Made by a program: the position numbers and the translations under genes. The notes below the pieces were generated by a model, which had not been told where the DNA came from, did no database searches, and saw only the letters and a program-made list of their open reading frames with translations. 32,000 nt of DNA from contig JBAZYG010000001.1 of the NCBI GenBank assembly GCA_041659445.1, forward strand, positions 180,001 to 212,000, read 5' to 3'. Of this stretch, positions 23,211 to 30,501 are shown in pieces (positions within the stretch are counted from its first letter, which is position 1; each line of letters begins with the position of its first letter). The stretch comes from Candidatus Saccharimonadota bacterium. GTDB taxonomy: Archaea; Nanobdellota; Nanobdellia; Pacearchaeales; GW2011-AR1.

Positions 23211-23840
23211 ATGAAGAAAAAAAAGGTGACATTCGTTGAGAAAATTTTGTTTTTAAGTTTAGTCTTGACTTTGATTTTACCTTTGGCAACTGCAGGTGTT
23301 GGTGTTAAATGGAGTAAAGAATCTTCTTTAGTTTCAGAAAATTCAAAAGTTTGTATGTCTTATGATGTTTATAATCCATGGCCACAAGATACTTATGCTA
23401 CAATTAGTTTATCTCCGGAATTAATGGAAATTATTGATTATATTGGTTCAGATATTGTTTTCCTTCCTAATGAGACATCAAGTACAAATGCTATTCCTGT
23501 TGAATTTTGTTTTAAAACACCAAAAGTTTATGAAAAAGATTGTTGGGTTGGAGATGTATTTTTTTGTAAGCAAGATTGTTTAGAAGAAATGAAAACTTAT
23601 GAAGGTGAAGTGTTGGTAATGGAAACTTCTCCAGATCAATCATCTCAATCTGCACAAGGTTCTGCTACTAAAATGTCTGTTTCTGCACCTTTGAGAATTA
23701 GAGTTCAATGTGAAGCACAAAATAGAAATTTCAGTGCATTGTATGTTCTTGTTGGACTTATTGCATTAATATTATTGATAATAAATTTAGTTAAAAACAA
23801 GAAAAGCAAGCAAAATAAAAAGATTAAGAAAAAGAAATAA
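23211..23840 (+). CDS. Type I membrane protein: signal peptide, Cys-containing beta-rich ectodomain, C-terminal TM anchor and poly-Lys tail
   Basis: I prefer ATG 23211 (MKKKKVTFVEKILFLSLVLTLILPLATA|GVGVKW). The track start 23193 is a GTG overlapping the upstream gene. The C-terminus is ALYVLVGLIALILLIINLV-KNKKSKQNKKIKKKK. Confidence 0.8.
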   Translation: MKKKKVTFVEKILFLSLVLTLILPLATAGVGVKWSKESSLVSENSKVCMSYDVYNPWPQDTYATISLSPELMEIIDYIGSDIVFLPNETSSTNAIPVEFCFKTPKVYEKDCWVGDVFFCKQDCLEEMKTYEGEVLVMETSPDQSSQSAQGSATKMSVSAPLRIRVQCEAQNRNFSALYVLVGLIALILLIINLVKNKKSKQNKKIKKKK

Positions 23841-23846
23841 AATCAT

Positions 23847-24431
23847 ATGATTTCTAAAAATCAAATTTTTTATAAGACTTTTTTGATTGTGATAATTTTT
23901 TTATGCGTTATCTTAATTATTTTTCAAAATTCAAATAATTTTACTGGAAATTATTTATTAAATACTACATCTAATGTTTCATTATTTAAATATTATTCAA
24001 TTGCGTTTAGTGATAATTTGTCTTCTGGAATTGAATTTGGAACAATAGAAAATCTTCCTGCAGTTAGTGTTAATGCAACATATAATTATTTGGGTTTGAG
24101 TAATTCAACAGAATATTTTATTAATGTTTCAAATGATTCAAATACAAATATTGATTTTTGCATAAAAGCCGACGGAGATTTAGAAAGTATTGCAAGTGAT
24201 ATTTTGGGATTAGGAAATGAAACTTATAATAATGCAACATTCACTAATTTATCCTCGCCCTCGGATACAGAGGTTTTGTTGACGACTTCTTATGTTAAAT
24301 CAGGAAGTAATGTTTTAATTGGTGGAGTAAATTATTATCGTTTTTGGCTTGATGTTCCATCAGGACAAGCAGCTGGAACATATAACAATACTGTTAATTT
24401 CAAAGCAGTTGAAACAGATTATTCTTGTTAA
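23847..24431 (+). CDS. Small sequon-rich secreted/anchored protein, paralogue family member (194 aa)
   Basis: The N-terminus MISKNQ-IFYKTFLIVIIFLCVILIIF is homologous to that of the 22586 protein. It also has SIAFSDNLSSGIEFGTI, NVSNDSNTNIDFCIKADGDLES..DILGLGNETY and YYRFWLDVPSGQAAGTYNNTVNFKAV. There are about a dozen sequons. Confidence 0.85.
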   Translation: MISKNQIFYKTFLIVIIFLCVILIIFQNSNNFTGNYLLNTTSNVSLFKYYSIAFSDNLSSGIEFGTIENLPAVSVNATYNYLGLSNSTEYFINVSNDSNTNIDFCIKADGDLESIASDILGLGNETYNNATFTNLSSPSDTEVLLTTSYVKSGSNVLIGGVNYYRFWLDVPSGQAAGTYNNTVNFKAVETDYSC

Positions 24432-24469
24432 TTAGAAAGCATTAAAAATCTGAAATTATTATTTTCTTT

Positions 24470-25930
24470 ATGATTAAAAAAGAGGTGTTTATTTTTATCT
24501 TTATTTTTTGTGTATCTCTTGTGTTTGCAATAACTGGTTATGTTACAGAAGGAAATTCTCCGTCATCAGTTACTATTGAAGGTTTGAGAATTGTTTATTC
24601 TACTTTTAATGGTTCTACAACTAATTTTAATTCCTTGAATACATCTGAATTAAATAATTTATCATTGATGACTTTAGAAAAATCTAGTTATGGTAAAGTT
24701 ATTTTTAATCAAAGTGTTAATTTGACTTTAACTGCAGGAGTGGATAAAATTGTTAATTTTGATTTGGATTTGAACATTTCTAATAATTTAATTTATATTG
24801 ATGATTCGGATTTACCTTATTTAAATAAAACAGTTACTATGTTTTTATATGGTCTTAGTTATACAAATCCAAGGATAATTCATAATGGTGTTGTTTGTAG
24901 TGATTGTACTAAATTAAGTTATTCTGGAGGTAATTTAACTTTTTCAGCAACTACTTTTAGTGGAACTTATTATGCACAAGAAACTCCTGTTTCTCCTGTA
25001 TGTGGAAATGGTGTTTGTGAATCTGGAGAAACTTCTACTAGCTGTTCTGCAGATTGTGGAAGTGGTGGTGGAGGCGGTGGAGGGGGAGGCGGAGGCGGTG
25101 GTGGAGTTACTCCTCCGATGACAACAGGCGTTAGTTTTTACATTGTTCCAGATTTTTTAGCAATTTCAATGTATAGAGGAGAATATTTTCAAAAAAATAT
25201 TATTATTGTTAATAACGGAACCGAGGATTTAATAATTGGAGCATTTGTTTCAGGATTAGATAAATTTGTTTTTCCTCAAGAAGAAATATTTGAAGTTAAA
25301 GCTGGACAAAATTATACTTTAAGATTAAATATTTATGTTTCTAGTTCAACAAATATTGATGTTTACGTCGGTAAGGTTTTATTTCAATCAAAATCACTTG
25401 ATAAAAGTATTAATTTTATTTTAGATGTTAAAGAAAAAGGGGCGTTATTTGACATTAGAACAAATGTTACAAAAAGATATGTTCCTCCAGGAAGAGATGT
25501 TCTTGCAAAAATTTTAATTATAAATAAAGGAGAATTAAGAAATTTTGATGTTTCTTTAGAATATAAAATTTTAGATTTTGAAAATAATAGTTATATGCCC
25601 AAACAAGAAGATTTTGCAATAAATGAAACTTTTGCAAATACCTTTTCCTTGCATGTTCCTTCTGATCTTCCAATTGGACAATATTTATTCTACGCTAAAG
25701 TTAATTATGGAAATGTTAGTGCAACTAGTTATGATACATTTATTGTTGAAACAGTTTCATTTTGGTCTTGGATAATTTTAATAATAGTTATTATAATTTT
25801 GATTGCAATAATCTTTTTTATCTTGAGAAAAAGGAAAAAGAAAAAAGAAGGGAAACTTAAACCAAAATCATTTTTTAAGAAACCTTCTTTAGTTAAAAGA
25901 AAATTAAGATATCCTAAAATAAATGAATAA
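24470..25930 (+). CDS. Type I membrane surface protein: Cys-knot-like CGNGVCE module, poly-Gly linker, CARDB/COG1470-like beta-sandwich domains, C-terminal TM anchor
   Basis: Signal peptide (FIFCVSLVFA|IT). PVCGNGVCESGETSTSCSADCG is followed by 14 consecutive Gly. Then come IIIVNNGTEDL... and LIINKGELRNFDVSLEYKI, which are CARDB-like strand patterns. The C-terminus is WSWIILIIVIIILIAIIFFIL-RKRKKKKEGK. Confidence 0.88.
   Translation: MIKKEVFIFIFIFCVSLVFAITGYVTEGNSPSSVTIEGLRIVYSTFNGSTTNFNSLNTSELNNLSLMTLEKSSYGKVIFNQSVNLTLTAGVDKIVNFDLDLNISNNLIYIDDSDLPYLNKTVTMFLYGLSYTNPRIIHNGVVCSDCTKLSYSGGNLTFSATTFSGTYYAQETPVSPVCGNGVCESGETSTSCSADCGSGGGGGGGGGGGGGGVTPPMTTGVSFYIVPDFLAISMYRGEYFQKNIIIVNNGTEDLIIGAFVSGLDKFVFPQEEIFEVKAGQNYTLRLNIYVSSSTNIDVYVGKVLFQSKSLDKSINFILDVKEKGALFDIRTNVTKRYVPPGRDVLAKILIINKGELRNFDVSLEYKILDFENNSYMPKQEDFAINETFANTFSLHVPSDLPIGQYLFYAKVNYGNVSATSYDTFIVETVSFWSWIILIIVIIILIAIIFFILRKRKKKKEGKLKPKSFFKKPSLVKRKLRYPKINE
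25064..25105 (+). repeat. GGN codon tract encoding 14 consecutive glycines
   Basis: ggtggtggaggcggtggagggggaggcggaggcggtggtgga. By eye this is the most GC-rich patch in the window. It is low-complexity and imperfectly repetitive. Confidence 0.9.
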
Positions 25931-25975
25931 ATCTTTCACCGCAATTCATATAAACTTTGTTTTTAATTTAATTTT

Positions 25976-27160
25976 ATGTTAATAGGGCTTGTTGGAAAAC
26001 CTTCTGTTGGGAAAAGTACATTTTTTAAAGCAGCAACTTTAGCAGAAGTAGAAATTGCAAGTTATCCTTTCACGACGATAAAAGCAAATCATGGTGTTGG
26101 TTATGTCAAAGTAGATTGTATTGATAAAGAATTTAATGTTAAGTGTAATCCGAGTCATGGTTTTTGTATTAATCATAAAAGATTTGTGCCAATTGATTTA
26201 ATGGATGTTGCTGGTTTAGTGCCTGGAGCTTCTGAAGGTAAAGGTTTAGGAAATCAATTTTTGGATGATTTAAGACAAGCAGATTGTTTTATTCACATTG
26301 TTGATATTTCTGGTGAAACAGACGTCGAAGGAAAACCAACAAAAGGTCATGATCCAAAAGAAGATATTTTATTTTTAGAAGAAGAACTTGATAAATGGTA
26401 TCATGGAATTTTAATAAAAGTATGGACTTCATTTTCAAAAAAAGTAGATAATGAAAAAAGAAAATTTTCAGAAGCAATTGTTAAACAATTTTCAGGATTA
26501 AAAGTTAAAGAAGAACATGTCAAAGAAGTTTTGTTAAAATTAAATCTTCCTGAGAAATCTTCTATTTGGAGTGAAGAACAAGTTAAATCTTTTGCAAAAA
26601 AACTTAGACAAATTTCAAAGCCTATGATTATTGCTGCAAATAAAATAGAACTTAGCGATGGTAAAAGAAATTACGAGAAAGTTAAAAAAGAATTTCCTGA
26701 GTTGAAAATAATTCCTTGCTCTGCAGATTCAGAATTAGCTTTAAGGCAAGCTACGAAAGCAGGTTTGATTGAATATATTCCTGGTGAAAATCATTTTGAA
26801 ATTTTAAAAGAATTAAATGAAAAACAAAAATCTGCTTTGATTAAAATTCAAAAAGAAATTTTGGATGTTTTTGAATTTGGGACAGGAGTTCAAGAAGTTT
26901 TGAATTATGCTATTTTTGATATTTTAAAATATCTTGCAATTTTTCCTGCATCTGCAAATAAATTAGGAGATAGTAAAGGAAATATTCTTCCAGATTGTTT
27001 TTTATTGCCTCCAGATTCAACAGCGTTGGATTTTGCTTTCTATCTTCATACTGATTTTGGTAAAAATTTTATTAAGGCAATTAATGCAAGAACAAAAATG
27101 GCTCTTGGAAAAGATTACAAATTAAAGAATAGAGATGCTTTAGAAATTATTACAAGATAA
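25976..27160 (+). CDS. ychF: YchF/OLA1-type Obg-family P-loop ATPase/GTPase with C-terminal TGS-like domain
   Basis: G1 GLVGKPSVGKSTFF, G2 region YPFTTI, G3 DVAGLVPGASEGKGLGNQFL, and G4 as NKIE (the NxxE variant typical of YchF). The length of 394 aa is typical of the archaeal form. Confidence 0.9.
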   Translation: MLIGLVGKPSVGKSTFFKAATLAEVEIASYPFTTIKANHGVGYVKVDCIDKEFNVKCNPSHGFCINHKRFVPIDLMDVAGLVPGASEGKGLGNQFLDDLRQADCFIHIVDISGETDVEGKPTKGHDPKEDILFLEEELDKWYHGILIKVWTSFSKKVDNEKRKFSEAIVKQFSGLKVKEEHVKEVLLKLNLPEKSSIWSEEQVKSFAKKLRQISKPMIIAANKIELSDGKRNYEKVKKEFPELKIIPCSADSELALRQATKAGLIEYIPGENHFEILKELNEKQKSALIKIQKEILDVFEFGTGVQEVLNYAIFDILKYLAIFPASANKLGDSKGNILPDCFLLPPDSTALDFAFYLHTDFGKNFIKAINARTKMALGKDYKLKNRDALEIITR

Positions 27161-27290
27161 TTTAATCTTTTATTTTGATAGATTAGTCTAATTAAAAGTG
27201 GATATAATAAATGTTAAACAACGTTTGGGTTTGAGCTAGAAAGATATTTTCATCTAACTTAATCTTATAAAAAAATAGAAACCGAAAAAT

Positions 27291-27611
27291 TTATCGTTTG
27301 AAAAATATGCCCCAAGAATCTCTTACACGATTTGGACAAATTACTCTTACTTCTTTTGGTAATGGTCCTTCACTTAATTCGCCATTTATAATATTTCCTA
27401 GTTCCCTTCTTGGTCTAGTGTCAACGAAATTAGCATTTTGTATTGCTGGAATGTCTGTTCCTTGTAGTACATATGCATCATACATTAATTGCATCCCATC
27501 AACTTTTATAAATTTGATTTCTCTGGCTCTAGGATTTAATCTTATTTGCAAATCAATTTCCTCACCAATCATATCGTAAGATTCGTTTGCTATTAATTTG
27601 TAGTTTTTCAT
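27291..27611 (-). CDS. Hypothetical protein (106 aa)
   Basis: I prefer this ORF over the mirror + strand ORF (27298-27579), whose S/L/I/F-rich composition looks antisense. The minus-strand product has balanced composition (R, E, D, G, P). No motif recognised. Confidence 0.55.
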   Translation of the reverse strand: MKNYKLIANESYDMIGEEIDLQIRLNPRAREIKFIKVDGMQLMYDAYVLQGTDIPAIQNANFVDTRPRRELGNIINGELSEGPLPKEVRVICPNRVRDSWGIFFKR

Positions 27612-27774
27612 GTTACAATTAGGATAAAATCCTACTTTATAAATCTTTCGATTTATTTACCACTTTAAAGTTACTCATTAACAACTACAACATCAAAGAA
27701 TTTTCGGAGATTGAAAATTCACAAGATTACTTACTTCATTGTTATGTCATGCCTTGTAGAATAGTGATTACATG

Positions 27775-27790
27775 AAATTTTCGAAAATTT
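27775..27790. promoter_or_regulatory. Perfect 16-bp palindrome aaattttcgaaaattt adjoining the TATA-like box of the DUF167 gene
   Basis: The sequence is its own reverse complement. It lies 29-44 nt upstream of ATG 27819 and abuts tttttaaaag. A related inverted repeat, gaattttc-n7-gaaaattc, lies at 27698-27720. Confidence 0.35.
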
Positions 27791-27818
27791 TTAAAAGCTA
27801 TGGTGTTTTATTGATTTA

Positions 27819-28031
27819 ATGAAAATTAAGATAAAAGTTCATGCAAATTCTTCACAGGAAAAAATTGTTAAGATAAATGAAGAAGAATTTGAAGTTTGGA
27901 TAAAACAAAAACCCATTGATGGAAAAGCAAATATTTTTTTAGAAAAATTATTAAAAAATTATTTTAAAAAAAGTGTTAAATTAATTAAAGGTATTACTTC
28001 GCAAATTAAAATTTTTGAATTTATTGAATAA
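27819..28031 (+). CDS. DUF167 (YggU) family protein
   Basis: KIKVHANSSQEKIVKINEEEFEVWIKQKPIDGKANIFLEKLLKNYF...VKLIKGITSQIKIFEF fits the YggU pattern (V.P.A....I......V....P..GKAN..L...L......V.I..G..S..K...I). Confidence 0.75.
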   Translation: MKIKIKVHANSSQEKIVKINEEEFEVWIKQKPIDGKANIFLEKLLKNYFKKSVKLIKGITSQIKIFEFIE

Positions 28032-29082
28032 ACTTTTTTCTTCCTGTTTTTCCTGCTTTTATCTTTAATAATTCTACATTACCATTTCTTCTTAGGTTAT
28101 CTATTTTAAAATAAAATTTAGAACCTAGTTCTCTTTTTATTTCAGACATAGACAAATCATTTCCATATTTTGTTCTTAAATTTTCTATTTTTTCATATAT
28201 GTCAGCTAAATTATATTTATTTCTTCTTTTATTTGATTTCGGTGTTTTTTCATTTAATTGAATATTTGTTATTTCAAATTCTTTTAAAATATTATAATCT
28301 AAACTTCTTGCTTTATGAATTAAATTACATTTTCTCATTTCTTCTGGGGTAAATTTTTCATTGTTTAATCTCTCAATTAATGCTTTTGCCAAATAAGAAG
28401 AATCTTCTGATTCAATTTCAAAGATTAAATATCCTCTTGCATAATTGAAATCAGTTTCTTTCATAGTTATTGTTTTATCTTTTTCAGGAGAGACTTTTTT
28501 TCCTTTTGTAATCATATCTATAAACTTATTTCCTAATAAATTAGCTAAATTATTCTTTTTTGAATCCTCTGTTATAGGAGTTAATATATAACATTTATTT
28601 CCATGATTAAAAACATAAGAAAATATTTCTTTTTCTTGAGAAGTGTCTTCTAATTCTGAATTTTGAACCAATTCTTTTATCTCATCTTTAAGATTATCTA
28701 TTAATATTCTTTTGCTTTCATCATCTATTCTTGATAGTGTCTTTTTAATTTCTAAAGCATTTTGGATATTTTCTTTTGGAAAATCTTGATAATAACATCT
28801 TCTACTCATTGATTGTTCGTCATCCTGTAAATCTACTAAAAGTGCTTCTGAAGATGTGCTGTAATAATCTTTTTTTAGATTTGAAAACTTTCCCTGATAT
28901 TCTGAATTAATTTTACCAGTATCTTTTTCTTTATTTTTCTTTTTTTTAATTATTTCCTTTTGAAGAGCAGTTATTTCATTACTGTATTTTGTTTCAATTT
29001 CTAATAATCTTTCCCTTTGAGATGCCTCTATTTTTCCGTGTTCTGTTTCAAATTTATTAAAAATTTTATCTAAATATCTCAT
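28021..29082 (-). CDS. Hypothetical protein (353 aa), K/E-rich with a coiled-coil-like N-terminus
   Basis: Long clean ORF. The N-terminal heptad-like K/E-rich region and the basic C-terminus (GKTGRKKFIQ) match no family I recognise. Confidence 0.7.
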   Translation of the reverse strand: MRYLDKIFNKFETEHGKIEASQRERLLEIETKYSNEITALQKEIIKKKKNKEKDTGKINSEYQGKFSNLKKDYYSTSSEALLVDLQDDEQSMSRRCYYQDFPKENIQNALEIKKTLSRIDDESKRILIDNLKDEIKELVQNSELEDTSQEKEIFSYVFNHGNKCYILTPITEDSKKNNLANLLGNKFIDMITKGKKVSPEKDKTITMKETDFNYARGYLIFEIESEDSSYLAKALIERLNNEKFTPEEMRKCNLIHKARSLDYNILKEFEITNIQLNEKTPKSNKRRNKYNLADIYEKIENLRTKYGNDLSMSEIKRELGSKFYFKIDNLRRNGNVELLKIKAGKTGRKKFIQ

Positions 29083-29192
29083 AAAAATGAGAATTTGCCT
29101 TTATTTATAAATGTTTCTATAATCGTAACTATATAATGGTTACATTAATTCAATTAATAATGATTTTTAAACTCCTTTTGTTTTCTATAATT

Positions 29193-29729
29193 ATGAAATA
29201 CATCATTGTTTATTTAATAAGGGGCGAAGCAGGGAAATATCATAAGATGCTTGTTAATAATTTCTCTAAGAAATTTAAGATAAAGAACTTAAATTATCAT
29301 ATTCAAACACATATTACGTTAAAGTATCCTTTTGAAACTAAAAATATTAAAGATATTGAGAAAGTTTTGATGAATTTTTCTAAAGTGCAAAAATCATCAT
29401 TAATTAAAATTAAAAAAATTGGACATTTTAGAAACCATGTTCTTTATCTTAAAACAGAATTTTCTAAAGATTCCAAATTGTTATTTTCGAATTTAATAAA
29501 AATTTTGATAAATATTCCTAGAATGAGAGAGAGGAAAATAGATTTGATTGCTAGAGATAATTTTCATGCAACTTTAGGATATGCAAAAAGTGAAGTGCAA
29601 TTTAAGGAAATGTGGGATTTTCTTAAAACTAAGCATTTTAAATTTAATGTTCTTTTTGATAACATAACTATACTTAAGAAAAATGATAAAGATAGATGGA
29701 GGATTCATAAAATCTTTGAAATAAAATGA
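29193..29729 (+). CDS. 2H phosphoesterase superfamily protein (LigT / 2'-5' RNA ligase-like)
   Basis: Two HxT/Sx motifs, HITLKY and HATLGY, with about 80 residues between them. I prefer ATG 29193 (MKYIIVYLIRGEAG...), which has a TATA-like atttttaaac about 25 nt upstream. The track start 29136 adds a hydrophobic, non-conserved-looking extension. Confidence 0.75.
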   Translation: MKYIIVYLIRGEAGKYHKMLVNNFSKKFKIKNLNYHIQTHITLKYPFETKNIKDIEKVLMNFSKVQKSSLIKIKKIGHFRNHVLYLKTEFSKDSKLLFSNLIKILINIPRMRERKIDLIARDNFHATLGYAKSEVQFKEMWDFLKTKHFKFNVLFDNITILKKNDKDRWRIHKIFEIK

Positions 29730-30118
29730 AATATGAATATGCTTCAGATTTACAAGAACTTGCAGAGGATATTTCTAAGAAATTGTTTCCTCACGTGATA
29801 ATGGATAGAGTTAAATGTTATAGGGGTTATGGGACAAGTTCACAAGGAACTATTGCAAGATGTCATACAATAAATAAACTGGTTCAAAAAGCACTTGGAA
29901 TAAAAGCTTATTATATTTTGGAATTTCTGTCTGAAAGGTTTGATAAGTTGCCTAAAGAAGAACAGATTAAAATAATCATTCATGAATTAATGCATATTCC
30001 CAAGACTTTTGGAGGCGGTTTTAAACATCATGATTTCGTTACAAATAAAAATGTAAATAGTCATTATAAATTATATGTCAATTTAAAAGAAAATGAAAAA
30101 AATAAAACTTGGTTTTAA
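29726..30118 (+). CDS. Predicted small Zn metallopeptidase (HExxH)
   Basis: IIIHELMHIP contains HExxH, followed by GGGFKHHD. The size and layout resemble the small archaeal 'predicted metallopeptidase' family (COG4900-like, from memory). ATGA start/stop overlap with the upstream gene. Confidence 0.7.
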   Translation: MKYEYASDLQELAEDISKKLFPHVIMDRVKCYRGYGTSSQGTIARCHTINKLVQKALGIKAYYILEFLSERFDKLPKEEQIKIIIHELMHIPKTFGGGFKHHDFVTNKNVNSHYKLYVNLKENEKNKTWF

Positions 30119-30455
30119 TTTAAATAACCGAAAAATCTTTTTAGATGCAGTTAAAGTTCCTTGGTGGTATAAGGGAATTGGATTGATGTTTAAGTCAAAG
30201 ATAAGAGCCAAAGCTTTATTGTTTGATTTTGAAAAAAAAACAAATATTTCTTTGCATTCTTTTTTTGTTTTTTTTGATTTTTATGCCTTGTGGCTCGACG
30301 ATAAAAACAATGTTCTTGAAATTCAAAGAGTAAAACCATTTCAATTATCCGTGAATTCAAAAAAATCGTTTTTAAAAGTATTGGAAATCCCTATAACAAA
30401 AAGGTATTTCAAGTTTTTAAGAACTTATCGACGAGAATTCGAAAGATTTAAATAG
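30093..30455 (+). CDS. DUF192 (COG1430) family protein
   Basis: GIGLMFKSKIRAKALLFDFEK...SLHSFFVFFDFYALWLDDKNNVLEIQRVKPFQ...FLKVLEIP follows the DUF192 pattern (GLM.R....GMLF.F.....M.N....LD..F.D..G.V..I....P). It overlaps the upstream gene by 26 nt. Confidence 0.68.
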   Translation: MKKIKLGFNLNNRKIFLDAVKVPWWYKGIGLMFKSKIRAKALLFDFEKKTNISLHSFFVFFDFYALWLDDKNNVLEIQRVKPFQLSVNSKKSFLKVLEIPITKRYFKFLRTYRREFERFK

Positions 30456-30501
30456 GTTATAGTCGTATTTTATTTATAATAGTTATAAAAGGAGGTTAAA
30501 A

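Noticed and set aside
23700-25930. PGF-CTERM / archaeosortase-type sorting signals on the two C-terminally anchored proteins
   Set aside because: Both end in a TM helix plus a basic tail, but neither has a PGF, PEF or similar tripeptide before the helix, or the Thr/Ser-rich linker typical of those signals. I treat them as plain type I anchors.
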